Source: Podarcis filfolensis (Eukaryota). From it: a DNA stretch of 64,000 nucleotides. Positions 32,003 to 48,400 of the stretch are shown one piece after another (position 1 is the stretch's first letter; the number at the start of each line of letters is the position of its first letter). The stretch lies in the NCBI GenBank assembly GCA_964270895.1, contig OZ185436.1. The stretch is one strand, 5' to 3'. Under the pieces are notes generated by a model that saw only the letters and a list, made by a program, of their open reading frames with translations, searched no databases and was not told where the DNA came from. A program made the position numbers and the translations under genes.

Positions 32003-32138
32003 CAGGCATAGGCAAACTCGGCCCTCCAGATGTTTTGGGACTACAACTCCCACCATCCCTAGCTAACAGGACCAGTGGTCAGGGATGATGGGAATTGTAG
32101 TCTCAAAACATCTGGAGGGCCGAGTTTGCCTATGCCTG
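32003..32138. mobile_element. 136-bp palindromic hAT MITE
   Basis: About 55-bp inverted arms starting CAGGCATAGGCAAACT. Flanks agttagga/ggtaagga (6/8 match). Confidence 0.85.
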
Positions 32139-34614
32139 GGTAAGGATGATCAGTGACAAACCACACATACATGCTGGTGAGGGAAACCACTGGTTAGATA
32201 CTTTACACCCATGACAAAATCCAGGGCAGTATTCAATGAAATAGTTTTGCATGCAGAAGAATTACTGCTGGCGCAACAGGACTTCCTCCTACTTTCCTCC
32301 CTTTCCCCAAATCTGCTCTGGAGAGTTGGGGGAAACTTCAGAACAGTTTTAGTTGGCGCATGGGGGTAGAACAGAGGGAGAATGTTCCATTGTGCAAGCT
32401 GATGTCCTTGCTCTGACAGAACCTTAGCTTTAATGCTGTGCTGAATACAACCTTCAGAATGTTAAATAAATATGCACCCAAAGGACACTGCCATTTTCAA
32501 AAGCTTGATATCTGTAAGGGTGATTACTTCCTAGATACGATTGCTTCATGGACTTGCCTTGCTCTGAATCCAAGCAAAGAGCGAATGAAACAAGTTTCAC
32601 ATACTTGGCTTGTATTCACGGTCATTTCATGGAAGTCACAGAATGACAGCACCAGCTTGTGGAGTGTAAAAGAAATGGGAGTTGCTGTCCAATACATACC
32701 AGCTGAGAGATGTGGAGCAATATTTTAGCAAAGGTGGTGTTTTCGGCAAAGGTGATATAGAACAAGATCTTGCAACGCATTTAACAGCAGTCTTTAGAAC
32801 TCATGCATGTAAGTGGCCCTACGGATAGCTGCTTGAAACACAACGGCGTGGAGATTGCTGCATGTACCTCCATTTCAAGAGAACACCCATGCATCATCTT
32901 GCATGTGTGAATTGAGGTGGGAGATCACCAAATGAATATTCAGCAGTGTATCTATTTAAATTGATCCTTGCTAAGCAATGACTGACATGCTATCTAAGGC
33001 AGCAGAGCCATGTTGTATGCATACTTTGGTGTTCAGTGTCCACTTCCATGTCATCAATTCCCTTCAAAGAGATTGCAGCTTGAAACAGTGGGTTTCACCT
33101 TATATTTCTTTGAAAAAACCGTTTAAAATTCTGGCATTACAAGGTTGACCCCCTACTATCTTCCCTGTGAAAAAAAGTAGTCTGTACCGGACAGATAGAG
33201 AAAGTGCAGTGTCCATGCTCTGGAGAATTTTAGATCCTATTGGAAAATGCGGATAAAAACTACCCAGAGCAGGCACACCACATTCACATCCACAGCACAA
33301 CCATCCATAACTGCTGCATTCATAGTCACCAAGCATAAAAGCATACAAGAACAGGTGGCAGACAGGTAAGTACAGACACTGAACTTGGCATTCACAAATA
33401 TATTCACAATACATGCAGTCACACATGCACACATTCTTGCAATCACATAAGCACACTCCATATACACACACTGATGAGTATCAAACTTGCTCCAATTCTC
33501 ATGAACATCTATCAGTCTGTAAAAGTACAAACACACCTGAATGCATTCAGACACTGGCATTCATACATTCATATCCTTTCTAAGCACAAACCACCAACAT
33601 CTGATGCACACTCATACCTGCAGTCACCTACAGGTATCCTCAAGATATATCTATTCAGGCTCACAATTTATGAACAGCATGTACATAGATAAGCATAGAC
33701 ACAGATGTGTATGGCAGCCTTCCTCAACCTGATGCCTTCCAGATGGTCTGGACTATAAATCCCATAAGCACCAGCAAAATGGTCAGGGATAATGGGAATT
33801 GTAATTCAACATCTGGAGGGCACCAGGATGAGGAAAACTGACATAAGGTACTGGCACGTCTGTCTAACTAGTGAGCATTCTGATGGTAATCCAGAAAGTC
33901 TTTGTAAGATTAGGTATGGGGACATAGCTAGTAAGGATCCAATCAAAAGGTAGGGCAGGAATGAACGCAGAGGGCAATATGGGTCTTGCCTAGATTGTCT
34001 CACACCAGTGCGTCTGAGACTAGCTTGGGTGAGATCATGTGTCTGAAAGAGATGAAAGGAGGCAGCACTAGCTAGCAAGAAGCAGATAACTCTAGGCAAG
34101 TAGTCAGTGACAAAATCTGCAAGATGTGGGGGAACTATCAGGGAATACAGATGTCGCTCTAATAAGAGTCAGTTTATTGAGTCCAAAAACTGCTCCTTGG
34201 TTGTGCTGTTAAAGGGGTACGGCCTTGGCTCAGTCAAAATAGGGACAGAACAGAGAAAGATAAATAAGGTTCCAAAGCAAGAACTCTTTATGCTGGAACA
34301 GAGAATAGCTTGGACTATAACCAAACAATTTATTTCAATGGGTTTAGGTACACCTAATTCTGCACAAGATTGGGGTTTTCACCCAAGGTACAGCAAGGAA
34401 AGGATGAGGAATGATGAACCCACACACATCTAGCCTCAAAGAACTCACTACTACAGAGTCACACTCAGTAACACAATCACGTGGATACACACACTCACTT
34501 GCAGGCACCCATGCACAGACCTCACACACGAGAGCAGGAGAGTTGCAAGAGTCTGGCAACTTCCTCTCTTGACCAGGACACACCAAAGCCAAGAGACATT
34601 ATGGCAGGCACTCA

Positions 34615-34731
<117 letters not shown>

Positions 34732-34892
34732 TTAAATAAGGCAGAGAGGCTCCCTTGGGTCTGAGAGAGCAATACAAGAGATTGGAAGGAGAAAGGGGTA
34801 CTTAACCGCCAGAGATGAATAAAGTTCTGGAACAGTCTTCCCAATAACTTTTGGATCAGCGAAGAGCCTTATTGAGTAATGAATTGCATACA

Positions 34893-34966
34893 TGAGTTGT
34901 TTCAATGACTCAAACCAGATTCACACAGTTGAGTTGTTTCAATGACTCAAACAAGATTCACACAGT
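34893..34966. repeat. 37-bp tandem duplication
   Basis: Two copies with one mismatch. Confidence 0.95.
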
Positions 34967-37932
34967 AAAATCACCATGATGTGACTCTTGACAATCATTT
35001 TTGCATGGTGATCATTTCTTCTGAAGATGTCACCTACATGGTGAGATGTTACTATATCCTGGGGAGCATTCAGTATCCCAGTAAATATTCAGAACTCACT
35101 AAATGGGAGCATATGACAGCTGACAATGAATAAAACTACTCATCAAAAAATCAGTATGAAAATTCAGCCTTGAGATGCTTTGCCCAAACAGACACAGCAA
35201 AAAAACACATAGTACGGTAGCAGCAATGTTCTACAAGAGAAAGGGTATCACCATGCTTTGACCCTTTTAACAGGAAGTGTCTCTTTAACCCAGTACTTTC
35301 TGTTGTTCTTCCTGTGATGGTAACAACTGTAGTCTGGGATACATTTCTTCCCTAATATTTTGTTTGCAATTTCTTCTCTCTTCTTCCAAGGCGGTACAAA
35401 GCTCGGTTTATAGCTAACTGTATTAAAACATGGACAGTGGGTTTAAATTTCAAGAGTGATGGCTGTAGATTTTTGGTGCTTCTCATTTCTGAAACACTGC
35501 ATTAGAAATTGGTTTCTGTTTTATCCTTTGTTGGATACAGGAGTCACTCTGTCATTTACACGCCTGGGAGAAATATAGCACGCAAACCAGTAACAACATG
35601 CAGATCTCACCCATATGTGTGTGACAGGGAGCTCTGGAATTCATTTTGGAACCAGCCCACAGCTTCAAAGGATGGCAAGGTCAAAAAGCTTACAAGTACC
35701 TTAAATGAAAAAAATCACTCCCTTCACTACTCAGTGTCCTTGGCAGTGGACACTGCTGGTGGGAGTGAGGCTATGTTGATAAACAGAAGCTACTATCACA
35801 AACAGATCAGGTTACATTGTTCAGCTGGTAAATGAAGAGTAATATTGTCACATCTGAAGAGCAACAGATGGCGTGCAGCCAAAGGGATGCAATTAAGCTA
35901 AAATGAACTGCAGTTCTTAAGTTACACTTCATAGTGGAACACAGTTTTCTTAATTAGCTAGCAACAGCAAGCAGAGGTCACAAGCTGGTGAATGTATCTG
36001 GCAGTGGTACAGGTCAAGTTGCTGCTAAAGGGTGGGGGGCCCCAGAGGTTTAAACTTTGACAATCCTAGTTTGCCTTCATCACAGGAATAGTGTGTGGCT
36101 ATGAATAAATAGTTCATTTCCAAAGCTCTTGCTGATAATCTGTGGGGTGTATTGGGATGGGATGGGGGTGGGTAAAATGGGAAGAGAAAACCAAGTTATT
36201 TTGGAGCAGGCAGCGAAAACTGGATAGGTTTTCAAAGGCAACAATGGGGCCCAAAACACCTTTTTTTAATAAAATTTTTCTTTAACAGAAATTTACTTTT
36301 TCTGTCACAACTGGTGGTGTGCAGCAGCTGTAGTCAGCAGACAATTGGCCTGTCCAGTCCCCATCCCCCCAGTGCCTCAGTTGTAACAACACCACATCAT
36401 GATGTAAGGTCATTCCGAAGGCATTGTTGGGACGAAAAACGGTCTGCAAACTCCATCCCAAAGAATGAACAGCACAGATTTTCAAACAAACTTTGGCTAT
36501 TTGGAATCACTGTACTTCGTTCTAACATTGCTTAAAATGGCAAGACCCTTCATGCTACAGCTACTAGGAGTGAAATTCCTTTATGTTGAAATTTATTTTG
36601 AAAAAGTTAAGTTTTCCTTTGTTCCCTGTGCATCTCTGTTGTAACCACTACAAGACTGGAAGAAACATGTTAACTTTGGAAACACGTGGAAAACATAAAT
36701 CATGACCGGCTGAGGTTCTTGGACACATTTTTGCCACATGTTTTCAGTCAAGTGACTCCCCTACACACATTCATTACCCTCACAATATAGACATCAGCCA
36801 TGAGAACTCATTTTTCATACAACACATGAAGCAGATTTCAGAATTCCAAAACTTGGTTGACAAAGTTTACAAGTGGTCATTGGGTCCACTCATGGGATGC
36901 CAGTAACACAGGTAATGGTTAAATTGTGAACTTTTTAATATATGCTGTCTGCCAAATTTTGTTGCCATGTTTGAAAACATATTACACGTGACAACACTGA
37001 GGAGAGAAAGAATCTCAATGAAACGCGGCATTCCAAGGAGCACCTCAGCCTGCTACCTTGCTCTTCCTCATTGAGTCTGCCATTTTATTTCTCTCCACAC
37101 TGGCAGAGCAAGTGGAACTTTGTCAAATGTCCACCCCAATAAGGCCATTCTAAAAGCAGTAAGGCACCACTGGCATTTTTCAAAAAACTGAAGTTGGTGT
37201 CTTGGTTACTGAAGAGGGCAGGGTTATCTGAAGAACTGTTCTTTGGCTCTTCTCCACAGTGCACGTGCCTTCTGCTTGCGACATGTTCTATGATCTACAT
37301 TGCATTGGTTGACATTGGTGCGAAGCCAGGGCTTGATAGGCACATTATCTAGCCTCCTGCCCCCTTCCAACTATTATGCACCTATAGTTTTTGTTACAAT
37401 TTTTTGAGCATGGGTATTTGCATGGTGTTAAAATACTCAACACATTTGGAAGGCTTCATTTGCAATTGTACAGTACTGACCCCAGCACCTCCCGCCTGCC
37501 TACCTATGTAGCTAAAATTCCAAGGCACTTAAATTCACCACTCATGGTAATGAAAGCATTGTTGATAACACAGAATACAGCATTTTCAACAGGGATGGAA
37601 ATGGACTCTCACTATGGCAGCTCACAGCTTATATGTTATGGGCACAATATCTGGGTATAAGTGGAATCTACCTGTTGCATAACATAGGAACAGATTGCCC
37701 TACCCAATATAAAGTACGTAGCCATGCTGTAAAAATCGAACGTGAGTACAATGACTCTGAAATGCTGCAAATATGGACAGTTAGCAGCACCATGACAATA
37801 TTCCTCAAAGAAAAGTGATGGAAATGGGAAAGAGTGGCACACTAAGAAGCAGGTTGAGACTGCAACTTTAGCAAGTTTTATCCAATATCACAAACATGGC
37901 ATCAAACAAAAACTCAGCTTACTGTAATGTCA

Positions 37933-38184
<252 letters not shown>

Positions 38185-39220
38185 CTAGCAGAAAAAATGA
38201 GATAAGCATAGAGGTCTGGTGGGAAGAACAGTGATATTTTCAGGAAAGTTATAAGCTAATCCAACATCACAGCTAGGGGTGTTTACGGCTTATCAATTCC
38301 AATTTTATTTCTTCTGAAATTCATTAATAATCATAAGAAGCTGCCTTATACTATGCCAGACTTTGTGCATCTAGCCCAATATCGTCTACTCTGACTGACA
38401 ACACAGGTGAGGTAAGGGTTGTTTTTTAAATGGTAATGCTAGGAATAGGTCCGGTCTCTATAATGAGGAATGTTTCCAAGATACAGCAAGTTTGCCTTTT
38501 GTGTGGCTCGGAAGCTTAGTTCAAGGGTAGAATCCTAAACTGGAGAAGAAATGTTTCACACCACCTGAAGACTGGTCTTTATTCTCTGAGGGTACATTAC
38601 TAACTTTTCTATCCCACTTTTCAGACAGTAATGGTCTCTCAAAGCAGGCACATATCAATTGCCTCCCGTCAGTGGGAACTGTTGCCTGGCAACTGGCAAC
38701 TACAAGCAAGGGAAGGCTTGCCTACATCATGGGCTGAGTGAGTGTCAGCTGCTTAAACCCACTCTCTTGTCTTAAAAGACACCAGTTGCCTAGTCGGCAG
38801 GGGCCTAAGGGAAACACCAAGGATGAGGGAAGGAACTTGTAGGGATACTATGTTATTTTTGTACCCGATACCAGACCTGAATATGGTTTTTATTGTGAGA
38901 AATCTTATGTAAGCTGCTTTGAGAGCCTGTCAGGGCTATGAAGTGGGATGTAAGTATTATTAGTAATAATAATAATAATAGTAGTAGTAGAAGTAGTAGT
39001 AAAATATGTGGAAGGAAGAGGTATTAAACTGACTCTGCCAAAGACTTGATCCCATTTGTAAATAAAGGGCTGTTGTGTCTTCATGAAGAGGTGAAACTTA
39101 AGCCTGACACAATATGGGTAAAAGAAAAAAAAGTGGAAGCAAAATGGGGAGGAAAATAACCAGGAACCATAAAAACATTTATTTTTAGAACAAGGATCAC
39201 AATGAGAGAGGGAAAGATCA

Positions 39221-39421
<201 letters not shown>

Positions 39422-40039
39422 TTAGCAATTTCAAACAAAGGACAAAAATAAAAATGTTTAAAGACTGTGAAACTTAATTTAATTACTTCAGTGTACAGAG
39501 CCAATAAGTATTGGTTATGGCCTTTCCAGATAACAAATGCAGGTACAAAGGAATTGCGGCACAATGGTTAGGGCAGCCTTCTCCAGCCTGGTGCCTTCAA
39601 TATTATTATTTTTTTGTACTGAACTCCTATTAGCCATAGCTAGTATAGCCAAAGGTCAGGAATGGTGGGGATTGTAGCCGAAAACACCTGGAGGATACCA
39701 GTTGAGAAGCATTGGGACAAGGATTGGAGAAACCCAAGTTCAAATCTCTACTCAAAGGGGCACCTTGGGCCAGTCAATCTTTCTCCACCTAACCTACCTC
39801 ACAGATTGTTGCAAGGATAAAATGTTTAATGGGGGTGACAACAATCTGATAACAAACCTAGACTAGGTCAATTATTTAACTTTGCTAAATTATTTAATTT
39901 TAATTATTTAAATAATTCTATGTTCAAGATGACAGTCTATGACTTAAAAACAGGAATTAAAGCTTTATAACGCACATAAAAAGCAAAACAGTAGTAACTT
40001 AACTGAGCACATGACGGGAGAAAAAATAATATAAAACTA

Positions 40040-40195
<156 letters not shown>

Positions 40196-40416
40196 CTAGT
40201 TTGTGGCCATGTAATACAGGCCTGTAAAAAGAGCCTTTACCATAAGGTTAAGAGAAGCATTCCATTTCATTATCTTTGCTTCCCTAAAAATAGATTTCTA
40301 CTGCTAAATATTTCTCATAGACTGCTGGAATAACACAGGGCCTAATTCCAAAGGTCCCAACAATTCACCATCTCAGAACGGCAACACTAAAAATGAACTG
40401 GCATTCACCAATCTCA

Positions 40417-40725
<309 letters not shown>

Positions 40726-40850
40726 TCAGCCTCAACATTGCCATGTTTCCACCCAGCAGTTGAAATCATTGTTCCAAATATTGACCTTTTAGCTTTCTCG
40801 ACGAGGAAAATTCAAGCAGCAAAAGTGGTTGAATAGTATGTATGTAGTTA

Positions 40851-40883
40851 GTGCTCGCTTCGGCAGCATATATACTAAAATTG
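40851..40883 (+). pseudogene. 3'-truncated U6 snRNA retrocopy (U6 nt 1-33)
   Basis: GTGCTCGCTTCGGCAGCATATATACTAAAATTG, one mismatch to U6, flanked by the direct repeat (TT)GAATAGTATGTATGTAGTTA. Confidence 0.9.
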
Positions 40884-41776
40884 AATAGTATGTATGTAGT
40901 TAGACAGACAGACAGACAGACAAATAGAGAGATAGTCTGAAATAAATACCAACTCAGCAAGCAGCAGAGCAGTTTTACCTGCTGAGATGAATAAAATGGT
41001 ATATGTCCACTGCAAGTGAAAATGAAATGTTAACGTTCTCTTCTGCTTGTGTCCTTCAGCTTTTCAGGTAGAAATTGCAGATCTCAAAACACATTTTCAA
41101 AAATGCTGACAGATAATCTTACAGGAAAGAAAACAAACCCACATTTGGTGCTCAGAGCAGCATACCTGACCCCAACATTGCTATTCTATTTAGCGTCCCT
41201 CAGAAAAGTGTTTCAGTACTTTGGGCAGACCAATGATATGGCTGCTGTTCTTTATACTGTTACATACAGCTTAGTTACATTCAAGAGGAAAAACGTCTGT
41301 TTCAAAAGGTTGTCATCATCTGAGATCATATCCTGTGGCTTGCTAGTTTGGACTATGTTTTGTGTCACAAGTAAAGACCCAAACTGAATTTGAGAGACTA
41401 AAACTGTGCCCACATCAGTTATGCAAGTAGTTTGTTGACTCAACAGGGGGAAGGCACAGACAGTTTTGAAAATAGTATGGTGATCGTTCCTTCAAGGCAA
41501 GTGTTTGGGCTTGCCAGATGGAATGATTCCCTCTTTCCCAGCCCTGTGTAAGGACTTCTGCTGGCAGGACTCATTAGCTGAATCCCACCCAAAGTTGAAT
41601 CATGTCAACTAAGAACTTCAAATAGGTCAGCTATGTGAATGAAAAGAATAATGTTACATTTTTGGCAAATGTGCCAAATTTAAAGCAGGCACACTGCTCT
41701 CCCACCTCCCCGCAATGAGATAAGGTGAACTAAGGCACATTCCTAGAAGCATTTTCAGCTTTACTCTGCAACATCA

Positions 41777-41977
<201 letters not shown>

Positions 41978-42459
41978 TTATCCTAATGGGACAAATGTTC
42001 TGCTTTTTTATTTTGACAGCAGCGTGACAGAGATCTGTGATAAGGAGAGTCGCCAAGCCAGATAATTTTGTGAGCATTTTCTAAATAGTAATATGTATCA
42101 AAAATGATCTTTGGCCAGCAGCACATACTTTATATTTGCTTAACACTTTGTTTCTATTTGCATTTGGGAAGACATCATAATATTGCATTTGCACTTTCAT
42201 CGCTTATTCTTTTTTGTTTCTAAATTTTCTAAAGTTTTTGGTTTTTTAATTAAATCAAATCTTATCTTCCAAAACAATTTAAATAAAAAACACTGCTTTT
42301 TAATTATTTTCCTTTAGAAGAAAAAAAATCTTCCACACTCAATAAGACCAGGTTACAAAAAAAAAATCTACACTTATTTTCATATATTAAATGACTAGCT
42401 GAATAAAGAGATCTTCTGTAGCAGGACAGCCTATACCTATATGAACCTGCCAGAGCCCA

Positions 42460-42640
42460 ATTATTGGCTTCAAAGGCCCTGTTCTCTAGCCTGACACTAA
42501 AGTCAATTGTTTTGGCAGGTACTAGGGAAAGAGCCTTTTCAGTGATGGCTCCACAAACGTCTGCAATTACCTCCCCCAAAATTATGGTTGCCTCCCTCTC
42601 TTGTGGCCTTGAAGCGGCACCAAAATATTTCTTATTTATT
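42460..42640 (+). mobile_element. L2 3' fragment
   Basis: GTRERAFSVMAP motif. Confidence 0.55.
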
Positions 42641-43409
42641 CCACCAAGCTTTATTGATGGTGCCCTACATAGATTTTTATTGTAATCAGTTTTGTGAGTG
42701 CTTGTGACCTACAAGGTGAACTAGAAACAGATTGAATAAATACACACGAAGCCTCTGTGAAGTTAACTGAAGTGTAGCATACACTGCATGGCAGATAGGC
42801 AGAACAACAGAAGTAGATACATCAGGCTCTCAAGAATTTGTGCACAATTTTTTTCTTTCTCTCCTAAGAGTCATTCCCTTCATCAGCATGATCTAGTGGT
42901 CTTTTAACCTGGTTTGCATAAATTCGCCTGCAATATGCTTCAGTGATCAAAGCAAGAAACTAGATCATGTGATCAAAAATTCATGTGAAGCAAGGAAATA
43001 TTCAGCTGGGATTTACAAAGACTAAAGGGATAGGGACACATTAGTCAAACAGCAAAAGATAACCCTTAGGAGAACTGCATATTGATCCAGCTTGGAGTCC
43101 ATAATGGCACCAATACCAGCACTGCTTGCTGAATTAGAGTATTTCCCAGGCTGCATATAGAGCAATCTGGTATCATACTGAATTCACACTGGAAATGGTA
43201 TTTATAAGTTAATCACAATAGCCCAGAGGAGGCCTTAACAGTGCTTAGTGCAATGCTATTCTCTGTGACCTGTATGGCATTTGGAAGCTTATGCTGATGA
43301 AATAGGAATGACATTGTTGATTTGTGTTTAATATAGGCATCTTAACAAACACAGTGGGAGAAAATTTGGATCCCCAGAAGACAAGCTCCTGACCCAGTAA
43401 CAAAGGCCC

Positions 43410-43660
43410 ATACGAACATAAGAAGAGTCTGTTGGATCTGGCCAGTGGCCCAACCAGTCCAGCATCCTGTTCTCACAGTGGCCAACTAAATGCAAGCAGG
43501 CCCTAAGCACAACATCTCTCTCCCCTCCTGTGGTTTTCAGCAACTGATATTCAGAAGTATACTGTCTCCAACCATGGAAGAAGAGCACAGCCATTATAGC
43601 TAGTAGATACTGATAGCTTTATCATCCATGAATTTGTCTAATCCCCTCTTAAAGCCACCC
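43410..43660 (-). mobile_element. CR1 LINE 3' fragment
   Basis: aacataagaagag...cagcatcctgttctcacagtggcca...catgaatttgtctaatccc. Confidence 0.7.
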
Positions 43661-43769
43661 CACCCTGATCACACAAACTCAGAACCTCAGCACCGCTTCA
43701 TGAACATTTTGATAGTGAGAAGATGGAAAACGTGTATCATCCTCACCAAGACCCAAATCAGAGCCCCTA

Positions 43770-44236
<467 letters not shown>

Positions 44237-45327
44237 TCACACACAGAGTAACACTTATTTGATAGCTGGAACACATAGATTTATTATGCAGTCACTACAG
44301 TGTCATTGTCTTTTATCACCTCAAGTAATTAGTCAACAAGGGAATCCATAGTAGCAGGTTTTAATAAACCATATGGTGTGGTCATTCACAAGGCAGTAGC
44401 CAACAATCTGGATGAGTGAATTCATGCTTATTTGATCATTACTGTGCTTAGAACACACACCTATAACCAATACATGTTTCCACAAGACAGCATGGAAAGG
44501 GAAGCAAAGGGATCATAGCCCTGTTTGAAAGATGGTCAATCAATCTCAGGAAGGAAACTGTTATACAAGAAAAGGTTCCCGTGCTTTCACCGGGGTCAGC
44601 GTCAGTCAAACTTTCCCCAGAGAAAGCATGCAATGCAAGAGAGGGAAAAATATATATATGAGGGAAGAGTTCTGAAACTTTATTAAGGCCTGGAATCTCA
44701 GTGGTATAAGGTCTCTTCCACCTCAGTCATTTTTTATTATCTAAACAGTCAAAACAGAAAGAAATTGAGGCATAGGATTTAATCACCCTCAGCTTCCCTC
44801 CTCCATCTCAACCTTTCAGCTTCTTGCTCTGTTGAAAATATTTAGACCAACACAGGAAACAACTTCCCTGATTTTTTTGTAACTCCTTGTGGAAGAATTT
44901 ATTATTAAAAGAGCACGGTGTAACATCAGCTCGTGTAGCACTGACCAGTTTTAGCAGAAGATTTACACTGGTTGCATGACGTGATACTTTGGGTCGAACT
45001 TGGTAACAGATGTGAGCAGTGAATATGCCACTTTGCATGTTTGCAAAATACTTCACTACAGCCTATTTGTGTCAGCCATCGGCCATAGCAACAAAAGAAC
45101 ATTGGGATGTACAGAGAACAAAATAAAAAGTTGATTATATAAAACACAGTTTAGGGTCATGAATCAGCAATCAAATAGTGGACCTTCTTCTGAATGCCCC
45201 AGCTAGAAACCTTGTAGTCATCCTTTGTTGCTTACTGTATTACATATTTCCCCAATCACAATGTTTTCTGCTTGACTTCAAAATACCACGAACTGCAGAA
45301 ATGAATGGCAAAAGCATGCAGGCCCTA

Positions 45328-45486
<159 letters not shown>

Positions 45487-48400
45487 TCAGACTCACAACT
45501 AAACTCAAAGAAAATAAGATTATGTTAGAGAACCAGTGCCAGAAAACTTAGGGATTCAGAACAAATGGAATCAAATTAGACAACAGGCCAACATGCAAAC
45601 ACATGCCCCACTAAAATCAGTAGGAATTAAACAAGATGTAACTATGGATTGGAATGCAGACTGGACTGTAATACTATACACACTTAGCTCCACCAGGCCA
45701 ACAACACACCATATACTGCTGAGTTAACCTGCATAGGACAAAGCTGCATGGCTGCATTTCCAAAGGGAAACTGCCATAAGATAGCATTAAGATAGCCTGC
45801 TGGTAGCCCACATGTGGATCGCTGAGATCATTAGGAAAACCACGTTGACTTGATTTGATTTACATACACAAGCAGTTAAGACAAGGCTACACCACAATCA
45901 TATAGTGGGCAGGTAGATAAAATGTTTTCGTCTTGAGAAAGATAAAAGAGACACAGATGAGAGGTACAAGGATAATTTGTAGCATTCCAGTACCTTGTGT
46001 ATCTAAAGATCTTGAGACTACCTTCTGCATGCCATTTGTGCAATACTAACCTTGTAATGCGGTTACCATGCTATGGGCCAACAGCACACCATTACTGTGG
46101 TGCAGCCGCTTTAAGAAGCATTGCCTCACTGTCTTAAACTATTTCCATACACAAACAGTCCCGAGTAACACTCTGGGAACTCTGCTCTGCTTTTTTAAAA
46201 TGTACAAACTTTATAATTTCATGTACCTACTGAGTCCCCTGAGTATGGAGAAACCAACCCCGTTTGTCAGAAGAGAAGTCCTCAGTGATAACACTTTCAC
46301 ATGTGACACCCAGAAAACATTTCCCTTATTTTGCAGCATCTTTCAAAAGCTTCTACTTATCCAGTTAATTCAATTGTTCTGATCATGTGCTTCTTTTAAT
46401 ATTCTGTGTACTTTGTTATTTTTCACATCAGAAAAAGGAAACAACCAACAAATGTCTACAGCACTTGCACAGGCACCTGCAGTGTGGTGGGAAAGTGTGG
46501 TTATATCTGCAAAGGAAACACAACCTTAAGAGAACATGTGCAGATTCAGTGCAGCAGATACACTGGCATTATTGCTCAATAAAATAAATGCCTCTTCTAC
46601 TTCTGTTTATGAGGTTTTATCAATTAAGTTTGGCCTCTGTCAATATAACCCAGAGGCCGACATTGCTGAATAAACTAATTATTATTCCTGAGTCTGTAAA
46701 ATTCTGATAATTCATCCGAGCACACTATAGAACTGTTGAATTATCTTTACATTCCCATGGGGCATTTTAGATTGGATCAAACAACTAATTGATTCTTTAC
46801 AGGTCAAACTACATTCTCTGAAGTCTACTGAATGGGGAGTGGGGGGGGAGATGTGCAAAGGTGTCTATGTCTAGCAGAGGAATGTGTTTCCTCCCCTTGT
46901 ACAAGGACTTATGGATGTCTGTTTATCTTTATTTATCTGTGGACCAGTAGGCCCTGCAAAACTGTAGTGGTCATCAAGGCTCTGTTATTTAATGTGTTAC
47001 AATCTCAAGTATGGAAGCGACAACAGATGGACACAACGATCAGATGAGGTAATTCTGAAAAGGTCCTTATGGCAAGTGTGATAAACAGCTGTCACAGCAA
47101 AGCAGCTGCCTGCCTAGGCTTTGTGGTCAGTGATTTACAAGAAAAGGTTTCCAGAAGGAAGAAATATGGGTCACACCAACTATTCTCATTTTGAAGGAGC
47201 TGAACTCAAACTCTTTACACATTCATAGAACCCAAAGAGCTTGCATTTCATTGCCCCTGGGAGCAAGCCCAAAGATAGGCGGAGTAGCAATCCTCTTGAG
47301 GAATGCACACATTATAATAATATTCCCTCAGAGGTACTGAAGTGAATGCCTCTTGTTTATCTCACTGCAGTCTTGCATGAAATGAGGTTATATCCCACAG
47401 TTCGATTCTGTCACATTTTTATTCTGTGCATCTCAGGGCTGCTTCACACCTACTGATAAATGTGCAAACCTGGCATTGAGGTTTCCCTCCCAGGTGATGT
47501 GAGGTGATGTGAAAGTCCTATTTAAGGTGCCTGATATGTGATAACGCTTCGCATTTTGAAGTGTTCAGCAGCTGGAGAAGAGGGCTGGAGTGCCTCAGAA
47601 AGTGGCCATTGGTCTCAGAACTGGAATGTTGCATGTGGACAAGAGCATCTCTTTCTGACATGAACATTAATTGTTTTGCTCACGCAGAGAAGCTTAGAAA
47701 ACAATAACAACAAATTTCTTGTAGTTGCTGGATCATTCCATGTTACATAATGTCTGCAGCCTATTTATAATAGTCCCTTTGCCTTCTGGGCATAAGATAC
47801 ATGACTAACAATGCAATCCTTATCATTTCCACTTAGAAATCTTATTGCATTTAGTAGCGCTTACTCCCAGGTAAGTGGGCTTAGGACAGCAGCCCAAGTT
47901 TATCTTTACAAAACCGCGTTAGAAAGCAAAATATCTTCAGTGCAAACTCCATCCCACATAGCAGATTTCATGCTGTGCTTCTGCTCCACATATTTCTTTG
48001 TGCATGTGCTCATGAAATGAAGGAGACTACATGTGCGTTTAACGGCTTCATGACATGGAGAGGTTCAGCAGGCATGGCTGCTCCTGTCACTGCTGGTTGC
48101 TTTGAGATGCTGTTTTCTTTGAGGGCGGAAGTTTCACTGGCAGAGACTCTGTGTGAAAATGTTGTTGAAAGTAAAGGAAGCTAGGGCAGGTCTGAAGCTA
48201 GAAAGCCTTGCTTACAACATGGCTGAGTATTGTTATCACTCAAATATTGCTTCTTACAAAAGTTTGGCTGTAATATGGAAAGGGGAAAGGATGTACTATT
48301 CCCCTCTAAAGCAGCACAATTGTTCATTGATATCATTACCCCAAACAGACAAAAATATTTAAATGAGAACAGCGAAGCAAAATATATCCATATTCTGCAT

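Noticed and set aside
37014-37075. Imperfect hairpin CTCAATGA...TCATTGAG
   Set aside because: Short, interrupted stems, at the level expected by chance in 64 kb.
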